From positions 32,001-96,000 of IMG/VR virus record IMGVR_UViG_3300028198_000256: DNA of 64,000 nt. One strand, 5' to 3'. The position numbers and the translations under genes are program-made. Of this stretch, positions 19,050-29,366 are shown one piece after another (position 1 is the stretch's first letter; each line of letters opens with the position of its first letter). Under the pieces are notes generated by a model, which was given only the letters and a program-made list of their open reading frames with translations, searched no databases and was not told the origin of the DNA. The stretch comes from a virus.

Positions 19050-19949
19050 TTATGTTAAGAAAAAATCATCCAATACAGTTGACGTTGAAGACGTTATATT
19101 ATTATGTTTAATATTATCAACTCCCATTTCAAAATCAGGTCTATTTTTATCCGATTCATTAATAATAATAACATCTTTAAGATCTGTTACATCTTTCCAT
19201 TGTAGTTTATCTTTTTTTGGATAATTCTTAGTCCAATTCATAGACGATAATTTAAGTAATATTTTAGCAGAACGTTTATCTAATGGATATATGTATCTAA
19301 ACATATAACCCTTATATCTACGTATACCACGTTCTTTCATAAATCCTGTGGTCAACCAACTCAACTTATCTTTTTTAAACATATCATCATTACGTCTTTC
19401 CCACTCTACATTTTCTTTACATAAATCTTTACTACTTCTTGGATGTAATTTCTCACCATTTTCCATCATATAAACATCTGTCCAATACCGTTCACCAAAA
19501 TAAAAATTAGATGCTTGATAAACATATCCACATTTACCCATAATTCCATCTGCCATAGTATACAAATATTTACAATTAGTATTCCGTTTAATCCACCTAA
19601 TACTTGATGATATCATGCAAGACCCATATGACTTAGTTCCATTTAATTTAGGTAACAAACACATTTTACCAATTTCAAAATAATAATTAGTCAAAGAATG
19701 TTTATATCCAGAACTCCGAACATTTGGAACATTCAATTCAAACAATTCATCCTTCAACGTTGGTAATATTTTAGCAATAGTATGTCTTGGTCGTGTACCC
19801 CACCCCAATGTCATAACTCCTGATAATTCATCCTTTAAAAAAAACCCAAGATAATGTGTAGTTAGTGCCGGCATAACTGGTGAATAATGATACTTTTCTA
19901 TAAACATAACAGCTGTTATTTTATCAATTTTTTTTACTTCAAACTTCAT
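19050..19949 (-). CDS. Mom-like GNAT-fold DNA adenine modification enzyme
   Basis: FIEKYHYS, GVMTLG, FEIGKMC, LYTMAD...GKCGYVYQASNFYFG, GEKLHPRS; ends VLDDFFLT. Confidence 0.72.
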   Translation of the reverse strand: MKFEVKKIDKITAVMFIEKYHYSPVMPALTTHYLGFFLKDELSGVMTLGWGTRPRHTIAKILPTLKDELFELNVPNVRSSGYKHSLTNYYFEIGKMCLLPKLNGTKSYGSCMISSSIRWIKRNTNCKYLYTMADGIMGKCGYVYQASNFYFGERYWTDVYMMENGEKLHPRSSKDLCKENVEWERRNDDMFKKDKLSWLTTGFMKERGIRRYKGYMFRYIYPLDKRSAKILLKLSSMNWTKNYPKKDKLQWKDVTDLKDVIIINESDKNRPDFEMGVDNIKHNNITSSTSTVLDDFFLT

Positions 19950-21048
19950 AATACTCCATAAGTTCTAATGATTCAGCAACCATTAAATTAGTGATTCTAC
20001 CATTATGTGTATATATACCATTTGTGAAATTAGGATCCACGTTATCAAGACCCATATCAGCCAAAACAGTTATATATGGTAATGTCGCCTTAGTAAGTAT
20101 GTTAGTAGCACTTTTAGGATATGCACCGGGCATATTAGACACACAATAATGAATAACCCCATGGTGCATAAATACAGGGTTCTGATGACTCCTAATATGT
20201 GACGTTTCAATGCAACCACCTTGGTCAATAGACACATCAACCACCACCGAACCGTTCCTCATACTTTTTACCATATCTTCAGTAACAACAATAGGAGATT
20301 TCTTTCCTGGTATTGAAACTGCACCAATAACTAAATCAGCATCTTTAACAGCAGGCTCCAAATTCCATGAAGTGGAACACTTATATTCAATAGAAGTATC
20401 CATATGACCTCTACTCAAATACTCCCAACGATAATCGGTTTCCAACCCTAAAATAATAACATTAGCACCCATCCCATTTGCCATCTCAGCCGCATGTCTA
20501 CCAACAACACCATCACCAACAACTACCACATTACCAGAATTAACACCATTAATTTTTCCTAGTTGTACACCAGACCCATCAAAAAACATTGACTTATCTG
20601 TATACTGAAGATAATAACTACCAATAGTAACCGCCATATTACCAGCAATAGCAGACATAGGTGACAACAACGGTAAATTACCAAAATTATCTGTTATTGA
20701 TTCATATGCTATGGCAGTAGTATTGGTGGATAATAATTTAAGTGTCAGTTCTTTATCTACACCCGCAAGATGAAGATAAGTAAATAATATTTGCCCATTA
20801 AAATATTTGTATTCTTCCACTTGAGGTTCTTTAACTTTAACCACAAGATCCGAATCCCATGCATAAAAGTCGTGGCATATTGTCGCACCGGATGATATGT
20901 AATCATCATCCGAATAACCAGAACCAACCCCAGCTTCAAATGTTACACATACAGAGTGACCTCTATCAACCAATTCACGCACACCATTTGGGGTAATTGC
21001 TACCCTATGTTCGTTTTCCTTTATTTCTTTGATTAATCCAATTTTCAT
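19939..21048 (-). CDS. ald: Alanine dehydrogenase
   Basis: MKIGLIKEIKENEHRVAITP, VKVKEP, FTYLHLA, LPLLSPMS, VDVSIDQGGCIETS, YCVSNMPGA. Confidence 0.95.
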   Translation of the reverse strand: MKIGLIKEIKENEHRVAITPNGVRELVDRGHSVCVTFEAGVGSGYSDDDYISSGATICHDFYAWDSDLVVKVKEPQVEEYKYFNGQILFTYLHLAGVDKELTLKLLSTNTTAIAYESITDNFGNLPLLSPMSAIAGNMAVTIGSYYLQYTDKSMFFDGSGVQLGKINGVNSGNVVVVGDGVVGRHAAEMANGMGANVIILGLETDYRWEYLSRGHMDTSIEYKCSTSWNLEPAVKDADLVIGAVSIPGKKSPIVVTEDMVKSMRNGSVVVDVSIDQGGCIETSHIRSHQNPVFMHHGVIHYCVSNMPGAYPKSATNILTKATLPYITVLADMGLDNVDPNFTNGIYTHNGRITNLMVAESLELMEYYEV

Positions 21049-21652
21049 ATTTAGTCCTCACTGATTCAACTTCCATCAATCTAGGAAGAATTTCATTAAT
21101 AACCCCTATATACAATTCAGATTCAGTAGCACGACAAGCATCACCTAACGATTGCACATCATCATTATCTCTAACTAAAACTAAATTCTGTTTCAATATC
21201 GGTCCAGAATCATATTCATCAGTAACAATATGTACAGTAACTCCTGTAACCTTATCATTAGACTCTAAGACTGATTTATATATATCATCACCAAACATAT
21301 TACCATGTTTAGGCAATAATGATGGATGGATGTTTAATATTCTATTTTCATACCCATTCAATACTATATTATTAACATGTTTCCTGTATCCAGACAACAC
21401 TACCAGATCAGTTGCAACTGATTTTAATTTATTAAAAATAGCATTATCTTCGTCATGTAGATTAGTTTTACCAGATATTATAGAAACATTAATACCATTA
21501 TCATGACACCATTGAACTATAGGAGCATCTTTATTATTACATATAACAACACCAACTTCAGCTACAATTCTCCATGAATTAATTGCTCCTATAACATCCC
21601 TAGCAGCAGTACCACCATCTGACGCCAAAAAACTAATAATTGGTGTCTTCAT
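21005..21652 (-). CDS. purN: Phosphoribosylglycinamide formyltransferase
   Basis: LVVLSGY, ILNIHPSLLPKHG, TGVTVH.V..EYDSGPIL.Q. Confidence 0.85.
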   Translation of the reverse strand: MKTPIISFLASDGGTAARDVIGAINSWRIVAEVGVVICNNKDAPIVQWCHDNGINVSIISGKTNLHDEDNAIFNKLKSVATDLVVLSGYRKHVNNIVLNGYENRILNIHPSLLPKHGNMFGDDIYKSVLESNDKVTGVTVHIVTDEYDSGPILKQNLVLVRDNDDVQSLGDACRATESELYIGVINEILPRLMEVESVRTKYENWINQRNKGKRT

Positions 21653-21656
21653 AATA

Positions 21657-23780
21657 TCACCTCAAATCTTTATCAAAATCATCTACCATAATTGATTCAT
21701 GTTCTAAAATTCCATCTAATTCGCCTTTCAGATTAGACTCATATGCCCTTTCTAAAATATTTAATGCATCCTTTGTATTAGATGATGTAAAAGTTTTATC
21801 TGTCAACCTAGACCTTGCATCAAATCCTAATGCAGATTTAATTGAATTAGGAACATTGACCACCGACTTCACCATTCTACTATTCAACTTATCTGATGGA
21901 CCCTTATATCTTCTACCAAATGGAAATATCAAACGTCTTAATATAAACCCAATGAACTTTGAAGGATAATTGTCTAAAATGTCCTCAAACGATTTCTGTA
22001 TATTATATAATCCAGACTCAGCACCCCATGTAACATATAATATATCATTCTTCTTATCCATATCATCAGTATCTTCGTAACGTTTTAATACCGCAGATGT
22101 CATATACAACTCTGAAAATGCATCTGCAAATCTACCAGTTATTCTTTGTCGTTTCTTAAGATCAGCACCCAACACCGATATACTTATATCAGATAACAAT
22201 GCAAAGTTCTTTGATTCCAATTCAATACGTTTATAATACTTACCAATTTCACATGATGCGTCTTTTGGTTTAGATATAAACATACCACCAGTAATATTAT
22301 GATATAATGACCCAAATATATTACCAATAGTATATTTAAGATGACCCATTAACGCCTTATTAAATGCAATCGCATCACCACATTCAGCAGAAGTTACTTC
22401 ATCTTTTATAAATGGATGACACCGTAAAGATCCTTGAGAAAATACAATTAGAGATCTCGTTAATATATTCGCACCCTCAACAGTATTAGCAATAGGTTGT
22501 GTTATATAATAATTCAATAATAAATTATTAGGACCATCAGATATACCCTTTCCAGCCAAAATGTCCATACCATCAATAATACATTGTCGCATCCTTTCAG
22601 TACATTGATATTTCAACATGGCAGAAATAACAGATGGTTTTTCACCATTTACTATTGCAGTAGTAGTGAGATTACACGCAGCCTCTACAACATAACATTG
22701 TCCAATTATCCTAGACAATGGCTCTTCAATACCTTCCATCTTGGAAATTGGAATTTTAAATTGTTTTCTTATCCTAGAATATGCAGTAGTAACTTTTAAT
22801 GTATGTTTAATACCAGCCATAGATAATGATGGTAATGATATTGCCCTACCAGCCGCAAGACACGCCATTAACATTCGCCAACCCTTTCCTACCCCATCAA
22901 TTCCACCTATAACATGATTCAATGGTAAAAATACATCTTTACCATAATTTGGTCCATTCATAAATGCTTGTCTAGCAGGATAATGTCTGCGTCCTATACG
23001 AACACCCTTAGTATCAGTTGGAACTAATACTAAACTTATACCCTCAACAGGAGGCGAATGCTCAGATTCTTTCAATAACTCATCAGGATCCACAATATGA
23101 CACGCAACACCAAGTAATGTAGATACTGGTCCTAGTGTGATATATCGTTTTTCCCAATTTAATCTAATACCTAATACCTTTTCACCGTCATATTCCCCAT
23201 ATTCAACAACACCATAATCTTCCATCGCCGCAGCATCTGAACCAGAATATGGTCCTGTTAATGCAAATGCCGGTATATCTTTACCTGATGATAATGTAGG
23301 TAACCATTTATCTTTTTGTTCTTGTGTGCCAAACTCATAAAGCAATTCACCAGGACCCAAAGAATTTGGAACCATAGTAGTAATTGCTAATGATATACTT
23401 CTTGATGCTAAAATTGATATGATACACGATTGTGCATATGCTGAAAATTCCAAACCACCATATTCTTTCTTGATATTAAGTGCAAAAAAACCATTATCTT
23501 TTAAATAATCCCACACCTCAACTGGTAAATCTTTATGTATAACATTAACTTCCCAATCAGACACCATTTCACAAACAGTATCAACTTCAGAGTTAATGAA
23601 ATCATGTTCTTCTTGTGTTAATTTAGTTTGTTCTGTATTTAATAATATATCCCAGTTTGGTCTACCACCAAATAACTCAGATTCCCACCATACTGTACCG
23701 GCATCTAAAGCCTCTCTTTCAGTATTTGATATCTTTGGTAATATCTTTTGGAATAATTTCATACCATATTCATTCATCAT
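21657..23780 (-). CDS. fadE: Acyl-CoA dehydrogenase, FadE type (lacks the N-terminal membrane anchor)
   Basis: LPKISNTEREALDAGTVWWE, MVPNSLGPGELL, FALTGPYSGSDA, KRYITLGPV, GRAISLPS, TVEGANILTRSL. Confidence 0.93.
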   Translation of the reverse strand: MMNEYGMKLFQKILPKISNTEREALDAGTVWWESELFGGRPNWDILLNTEQTKLTQEEHDFINSEVDTVCEMVSDWEVNVIHKDLPVEVWDYLKDNGFFALNIKKEYGGLEFSAYAQSCIISILASRSISLAITTMVPNSLGPGELLYEFGTQEQKDKWLPTLSSGKDIPAFALTGPYSGSDAAAMEDYGVVEYGEYDGEKVLGIRLNWEKRYITLGPVSTLLGVACHIVDPDELLKESEHSPPVEGISLVLVPTDTKGVRIGRRHYPARQAFMNGPNYGKDVFLPLNHVIGGIDGVGKGWRMLMACLAAGRAISLPSLSMAGIKHTLKVTTAYSRIRKQFKIPISKMEGIEEPLSRIIGQCYVVEAACNLTTTAIVNGEKPSVISAMLKYQCTERMRQCIIDGMDILAGKGISDGPNNLLLNYYITQPIANTVEGANILTRSLIVFSQGSLRCHPFIKDEVTSAECGDAIAFNKALMGHLKYTIGNIFGSLYHNITGGMFISKPKDASCEIGKYYKRIELESKNFALLSDISISVLGADLKKRQRITGRFADAFSELYMTSAVLKRYEDTDDMDKKNDILYVTWGAESGLYNIQKSFEDILDNYPSKFIGFILRRLIFPFGRRYKGPSDKLNSRMVKSVVNVPNSIKSALGFDARSRLTDKTFTSSNTKDALNILERAYESNLKGELDGILEHESIMVDDFDKDLR

Positions 23781-24069
23781 ATATCATACCTCTAAAATAA
23801 AATAAAATCCACCACCCATACTATTATATATAACATTAATGGTATACCAAATGTCAATACAGACATCCAAACCGACTTAGTAACAGATTTACACAACCCA
23901 TTACATTGATAATTAATCTTTTCCCTTATTCTCTCCATCCTTGACTGTACTAATTCTTCCACTTTCTTTATTCTCCGTTTTTTGTTTATTATTAAATATC
24001 ATATCCCAATTATCTCTATATTGTTTATTACTTACTTTAGATTTTATAGAATCTCCTGTTATATCATTC

Positions 24070-24405
24070 TTAGCTACCATTTTCTATTTTTCTGTTTAAT
24101 TTTTCTATTTTTCTGTTTAATTTGTCGCGATTCCGTTTAAGAGATTTAATCTCACGTTTTAAGTTTCTCACATCATCCAAATACCGGTTTGCATCATTTA
24201 TATCACCACATTTAGCCTCCATACGATTACCAATGCTCTGTAATTCCTCCAGTAATCCCATAACAATTGAAAAGTTTCGTGTTTTATAACAAGAACGCAT
24301 TTCATCTATCACAGTACAAAAATATCTATTTGCCATAAATTCCTCCTCATCTATCCAAATTTCTTTTTTCATATTAAGCAACCATTCTTGCAAATTCTTG
24401 TGCAA
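24070..24405 (-). CDS. Hypothetical coiled-coil protein
   Basis: NRYFCTVIDEMR...LLEELQ..GNRMEA. Confidence 0.55.
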   Translation of the reverse strand: MHKNLQEWLLNMKKEIWIDEEEFMANRYFCTVIDEMRSCYKTRNFSIVMGLLEELQSIGNRMEAKCGDINDANRYLDDVRNLKREIKSLKRNRDKLNRKIEKLNRKIENGS

Positions 24406-26554
24406 TCAACTTGTTAGATTTCTTGTTCTTTTGGAACTTTTTAAAATCACGTTTGATTGTATTCATTCTCTTACGGTCTGTTGTAAACAAAGGGTCATCA
24501 TCAGCAACTGTTACAAATTCATCATCTTCTGCCTGTAACCGTTTATCATGAACCACAATGTAACGGTCATAAAACTCATTATCCGAATCAATTTTATCAT
24601 GAACAATATATCCCACTTTTGGATTAACCAATTTACGATATGATGTTAAGAAAAAACCAATTACATTATATCGTTTTCGTAATGCATCAAACATCGCCTT
24701 TTGATATAATTTAGTTCTTGAATAATATGAATAAATACCACCCACGTTCGCCTCAAGTCTACCATAACCTTCAACATCAAAAACTACAACCTTTTGATCA
24801 CCATAACCCAAACTTTTAGTTCTGATATCTTGTGCCTGACCATCAGTCAGGAAAACCACATTCATCTTTTCAGTATTATGTTTCTTAACAAAATCATCCG
24901 CAAGAATTAATGAGTAAGCAGCAGTTTCAATTAATGGTGTTCCACCCATTGAAAACAGTTTCTCTTTCATCCAAGCATTACCACCTGTCAATGTTTCAGA
25001 AGAAAACATAACTCGTTGAGTCATTTTGTTCTGTTTACTCGTTGTCCAACTAGAATCGGCAATTTTAATCATTCCTAATGCATAATTGGCAAGGTCATAT
25101 TTACCATAATCTTCACCTTTACCAAACATGTTTCTTTTGCCATTATCTTTCCATTTTTTACCATTAGTAGTAAATGTATATAATTCATATGGAATACCAA
25201 CACGTTTCGCAAACATAATCAAAATAACAGACTGTTTTACGGTTTCATATAAACGACCCCACATAGAACTAGAGAAATCAACATACATCAATAATCCATG
25301 ATTCTTAGCATCAGGAAATGACATGATTGACTTGAAAATATGATCGTCTAACTTATATTGCCACAATTTATCCACATCAATTGAACCACTTGTAGACTGT
25401 CTTGCCTTTCTTGATTCCATTGCAGATTTACGAAGTTCAAATTGTTGAACCATAGCATTTACTGCGGGTTTAACATCACGAATAAACTCTTTATATCTTA
25501 CATTAATGAACTCATCATGATAAATTTGCATAGCGGGTTGATTATTCTTCATTTCTAAGAATTCAGTATAACTTCTCTCCACCTCTTCATCAGTATATAA
25601 AAACTCATTAACCAATTGTTCCTTTGTGAATTTAAGATATGAAGTACCACTACCCTCATTAATCATCTTATTTTCATTCTTTCTAAATGCATCATCAGTA
25701 ACAGAATGATATGGATCTTCACCAGTAGTATCACCAGTATCAGAAAGTCCACCACCAGAAGAAGAAGAAACATTATCTTCTTCAACACTATTATCATCAG
25801 TAACATTAGCATCAGCATCAGTATCAGAAGAACCAGATTCTAATGAGTCATCACCATCTTCTGAAGATTCAGTATCACCAACATCAGAATTTAAACTTTC
25901 AGACAATCCAGAAGAATCTTCAGATTCTTCAGATTCTTCTGAATCACCAGAACCATCACTTGATTGTTGCTGCTGTTGCTGTTGTGGTTGCTGCTGTTCA
26001 TCAAGAAACTCCATCAACTCACGTGAAACTCTAACTGTATCATCCCAAGTATCAATTTGAAATACTTTAGACATCATAACAGATTCTTTAAATGAAAACT
26101 TAATATCAATAGTTTTTGATAACTTAGCCTTCAAATTCAATCTATCAAGAAATCCCAAAGTATCAACATCAACATCTTTAATACCAAAGAAATTATCTGC
26201 AACTAAATGACGATATCCTTTTAGGAAATCATTAATTAATCCAGGATAAAATTCACGAACAAGACGTTCAATACGAACATCTTCAACAATATTTAAAATA
26301 GAATGTGGTATATCTTCAATATCAGGTAATAACTTATTTATACTTTCATCATGACTGAAAATACTAGGTGTATATAATGCATGACCAACCTCATGTCCAA
26401 TGAACAGAGTGGCAGCATCTTTATATTCTTCTTTCAATAATGGCAATCTAAGAATACGATTAGTAGGGTCAAATGAAGCAGTTCTAAAATTACCCTCAAT
26501 AACTTCTAAATCTTCTCTTGCCATTAATTTGGAAAGTAGTGAAGTGTTTAACAT
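24374..26554 (-). CDS. CobT-like metallopeptidase-VWA protein, partner of the MoxR/CobS ATPase
   Basis: HEVGHALYT, NIVEDVRIE, acidic/polyQ linker, MIDAS DFSSS...GGTPL...FLTDG. Confidence 0.85.
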   Translation of the reverse strand: MLNTSLLSKLMAREDLEVIEGNFRTASFDPTNRILRLPLLKEEYKDAATLFIGHEVGHALYTPSIFSHDESINKLLPDIEDIPHSILNIVEDVRIERLVREFYPGLINDFLKGYRHLVADNFFGIKDVDVDTLGFLDRLNLKAKLSKTIDIKFSFKESVMMSKVFQIDTWDDTVRVSRELMEFLDEQQQPQQQQQQQSSDGSGDSEESEESEDSSGLSESLNSDVGDTESSEDGDDSLESGSSDTDADANVTDDNSVEEDNVSSSSGGGLSDTGDTTGEDPYHSVTDDAFRKNENKMINEGSGTSYLKFTKEQLVNEFLYTDEEVERSYTEFLEMKNNQPAMQIYHDEFINVRYKEFIRDVKPAVNAMVQQFELRKSAMESRKARQSTSGSIDVDKLWQYKLDDHIFKSIMSFPDAKNHGLLMYVDFSSSMWGRLYETVKQSVILIMFAKRVGIPYELYTFTTNGKKWKDNGKRNMFGKGEDYGKYDLANYALGMIKIADSSWTTSKQNKMTQRVMFSSETLTGGNAWMKEKLFSMGGTPLIETAAYSLILADDFVKKHNTEKMNVVFLTDGQAQDIRTKSLGYGDQKVVVFDVEGYGRLEANVGGIYSYYSRTKLYQKAMFDALRKRYNVIGFFLTSYRKLVNPKVGYIVHDKIDSDNEFYDRYIVVHDKRLQAEDDEFVTVADDDPLFTTDRKRMNTIKRDFKKFQKNKKSNKLIAQEFARMVA

Positions 26555-26585
26555 TTAATTTACCTCTTTATTAACTTATATAGAG

Positions 26586-26614
26586 AGTATATCATACTTT
26601 AACCGATATGTCAA
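26586..26614 (-). promoter_or_regulatory. sigma70-type promoter for the CobT-like gene
   Basis: TTGACA-17-TATACT with extended TG. Confidence 0.75.
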
Positions 26615-26622
26615 GAACTATT

Positions 26623-27498
26623 TTATAAAAATTCATCCAATGTTGATACGTTACTCTTATAATTCATCAATAACAATTCCTTTCTTTTCTTTTGATTCTC
26701 CACATATGACGTTAACTGATTATTCATGGTGTATGTGAGATCCCATTCCTCTTGAGTCCATTCACTATACCATTCACGCAGAGTTGGATTGGAATTATAT
26801 GTAATCATACACGTATTACCAGACTTTGATACCTTTTCATAGAATTCTCTATGATTAAATCCTTTATGCATCGAACCATCCTTTCCATATAAAGAATCCT
26901 TGATATCATATGGCGGATCCAGAAACAAAAATACATTCGGGTCATCATCAATTAATTCAGAATAATCTAGGTTCGTGATTTTCCAATTCTTGATAATCTT
27001 TCCGAATATTGTTAACGATTCTATTACCCTAAAGTTGAAACAATCTCTCATTGCCCATGTTGACATAGTACCAGATTCAGTTAAACCAGAGAAAGACATT
27101 CTATTCATAGCATACCATCTCCATCCAACCTCAAATGGGTCTGTCTGATCTCCTATCTCCGATTTCATTTCATTGAACAATTCACGACTCTTGTCCACAT
27201 CATCTCCTACTGATTCCTTCTTTTTCTTTAAAATATTGACTAATTGTTCGGTATCACTCTGCAAAGTAATCCAGAAATAATATAGATTCTGATACTTATC
27301 ATTTATATGAATGGGAATATTTGGGAATAAACGTGCAAATGCCAAGGAAGGAGACCCCCCACCACCGAAAGCATCTCGGTACTGGGTAATCTCCTTTATA
27401 TTGGCTGGAAGTTTGGTATCATGAAACAAATACTTCATTGCCTTTGATTTACCACCTGGATACCTTAGTGGTGTTTTATAGTTGTTTAACGACCTCAC
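26623..27498 (-). CDS. Dam-family (D12 class) DNA adenine methyltransferase
   Basis: TPLRYPGGKSK, FGGGGS, FLFLDPPY, ITYN, ELLLMNY; ends STLDEFL. Confidence 0.9.
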   Translation of the reverse strand: MRSLNNYKTPLRYPGGKSKAMKYLFHDTKLPANIKEITQYRDAFGGGGSPSLAFARLFPNIPIHINDKYQNLYYFWITLQSDTEQLVNILKKKKESVGDDVDKSRELFNEMKSEIGDQTDPFEVGWRWYAMNRMSFSGLTESGTMSTWAMRDCFNFRVIESLTIFGKIIKNWKITNLDYSELIDDDPNVFLFLDPPYDIKDSLYGKDGSMHKGFNHREFYEKVSKSGNTCMITYNSNPTLREWYSEWTQEEWDLTYTMNNQLTSYVENQKKRKELLLMNYKSNVSTLDEFL

Positions 27499-28595
27499 TA
27501 TTTGCTATTTACCTCTTCCAACATCCAATCTTCTAAAATAACAGACTGTTCCTTTGGTAATCCATCCTTCGTTTCAATTGGTGAAATATCTTGATGAAGA
27601 AACCCCTTAAACACTATAGGTAAATCAAAAACATACTCTTGACCCGTAGTTTTCTCATAAAACTCTTTAGCAAACAACAAAACATGTTTTTTAAAACTTT
27701 TTAACCACGCCATCCTTTGTCTTTTAAGAACGTCAGATGCCGGCGATGGGTCTTCTATAAACCCTCGGATTTCTATTGGAATATACACACCATCAACTTT
27801 AGATACCTTCTCATTAACAATTAATGCCATACAATCATGCAATAATGGTTTAAATGTGCCTTGGGGTTTAACATAACCACATTTTCCAGATTCCTGTTCA
27901 TTAACAGATCCCTTATATGGCAACGTCTTTTCCTTACAGAAAGCGTTGGCTGAATCACTATCCCATGTTTTAAGTGTAACATGTCCGCTATCACATGCTC
28001 TATACTTTTTAAGTATCAAATTACGATGTTTTGTATCCTTACCAGGAGTCAATTTGATAATAAGATCTTTAATTGCGATTTGTTCTGGGTCTACCAACTT
28101 ATCAGCAGTAATAGTGTTTTGCTCAACACACCTCTTAACAGAATTAACTGTATCTTTAATCCTGTTAATTTTCTTTGGATTGCCATTATTTGAATTGTGT
28201 TTTGCAATTTCTCTAAATAATGGAGTTCTATAAACTACCTTATCAAAAGGTAAACAATCCCACTGCGGAATCTTTGCCGCCTCGTAACGGTGAAACCCAG
28301 TAGTACCCTTATTACCATCACGTGAGTCTTCATATTGCAACGGTGGTTCACCATGATCCCAATTTTTAGCTAAAAAAGATTCCCCAATTTCTGATATATT
28401 TTCCTTAATATTTTCTTCAACCTTGTTTTGGTCATTGACATCAAACCTAACTTTGTTTAAGTTCATAACATGTCTTTTCAAAAATTGCACTCCCGGCTCT
28501 CCATACCATTTTTCCCCATTGGGACCTATGCCATAAATATATTCAGGTGGACACCTTTTTAATGAGTCTTTTAAATCAAAATTTAATTCTAACAT
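27498..28595 (-). CDS. Hypothetical protein with ParB/Srx-like N-terminal domain
   Basis: EPPL...TGFHRYEAA. Confidence 0.5.
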   Translation of the reverse strand: MLELNFDLKDSLKRCPPEYIYGIGPNGEKWYGEPGVQFLKRHVMNLNKVRFDVNDQNKVEENIKENISEIGESFLAKNWDHGEPPLQYEDSRDGNKGTTGFHRYEAAKIPQWDCLPFDKVVYRTPLFREIAKHNSNNGNPKKINRIKDTVNSVKRCVEQNTITADKLVDPEQIAIKDLIIKLTPGKDTKHRNLILKKYRACDSGHVTLKTWDSDSANAFCKEKTLPYKGSVNEQESGKCGYVKPQGTFKPLLHDCMALIVNEKVSKVDGVYIPIEIRGFIEDPSPASDVLKRQRMAWLKSFKKHVLLFAKEFYEKTTGQEYVFDLPIVFKGFLHQDISPIETKDGLPKEQSVILEDWMLEEVNSK

Positions 28596-28759
28596 TTTCT
28601 TTCCTTCTAATAAAGAGGTCTACTGACCAAATGATAAGGACATCACTGACATCCTTTTAATAAAAAGTATTATCTTTCACTGAAACTTTCACTGAAGATT
28701 AATACTAACTTTGTTCTTATTTTTTATAACTCATTGAGAAATAAGAAACTCAATTTAAA

Positions 28760-28834
28760 TGGAGCGGACGGGTCGGAATCAAACCGCCTCTTTCTGTATG
28801 GTATACAGATATTCTATCATTAAATTACACCCGC
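28760..28834 (-). tRNA. Atypical tRNA-Gly, anticodon ACC, CCA encoded
   Basis: GCGGGTG/CGTCCGC acceptor, U73 then CCA, anticodon arm TCTGT-ATACCAT-ACAGA; D-loop lacks GG, T-loop TTTGATT, bulged A in the T-stem. Confidence 0.8.
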
Positions 28835-28863
28835 AATATTATTTTAACTTAGTACTTATAATG

Positions 28864-28892
28864 ATCATAACACATAATGTCGGAATTGTCAA
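28864..28892 (-). promoter_or_regulatory. sigma70-type promoter just upstream of tRNA-Gly(ACC)
   Basis: TTGACA-17-TATGAT. Confidence 0.75.
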
Positions 28893-29320
28893 GTTTTTAA
28901 CACCGTCACATTTCCCTCAATAACCTTTACTGTGTTTTCTTGTCTCCACGTATATCTGTCATCAAATTTATGTCCACATTTTTTATAATCATCCCACTTC
29001 ATACATAAAATATCCTCTGTCAATTTACCACCACCTTCACCTTCAATTATCGGTTGTATCATCATTCCCATACTTCACCTGTCATATTTTAATTTGTGTC
29101 TTCTTTACTAATGGATATACTATATCTGTATTACTAAAACTAGGAATCTTCTCCAACAATCTAGAAGTCCAAACTACTAAAATTATTAATGATAAAAATA
29201 AAGAAAGTATAATTATTAACTTATAATCACCCCACCCCATATCAGAATCAATATAATGTATTCGATTATTTTTCGTCCGTGTAATCATAAATACTCCTTT
29301 TTTTTATAAAGTTGTATTAG

Positions 29321-29359
29321 TATTTATACTATAATAACACATTGCGTCAGAATTGTCAA
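29321..29359 (-). promoter_or_regulatory. Tandem early (sigma70) and late (TATAAATA) promoter
   Basis: TTGACA(29359-29354)-17-TATTAT(29336-29331), then TATAAATA(29328-29321). Confidence 0.7.
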
Positions 29360-29366
29360 GGATTAT

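Noticed and set aside
25720-26000. PolyQ and Ser/Asp-rich repeats as a separate element
   Set aside because: Low-complexity linker typical of CobT-like proteins.
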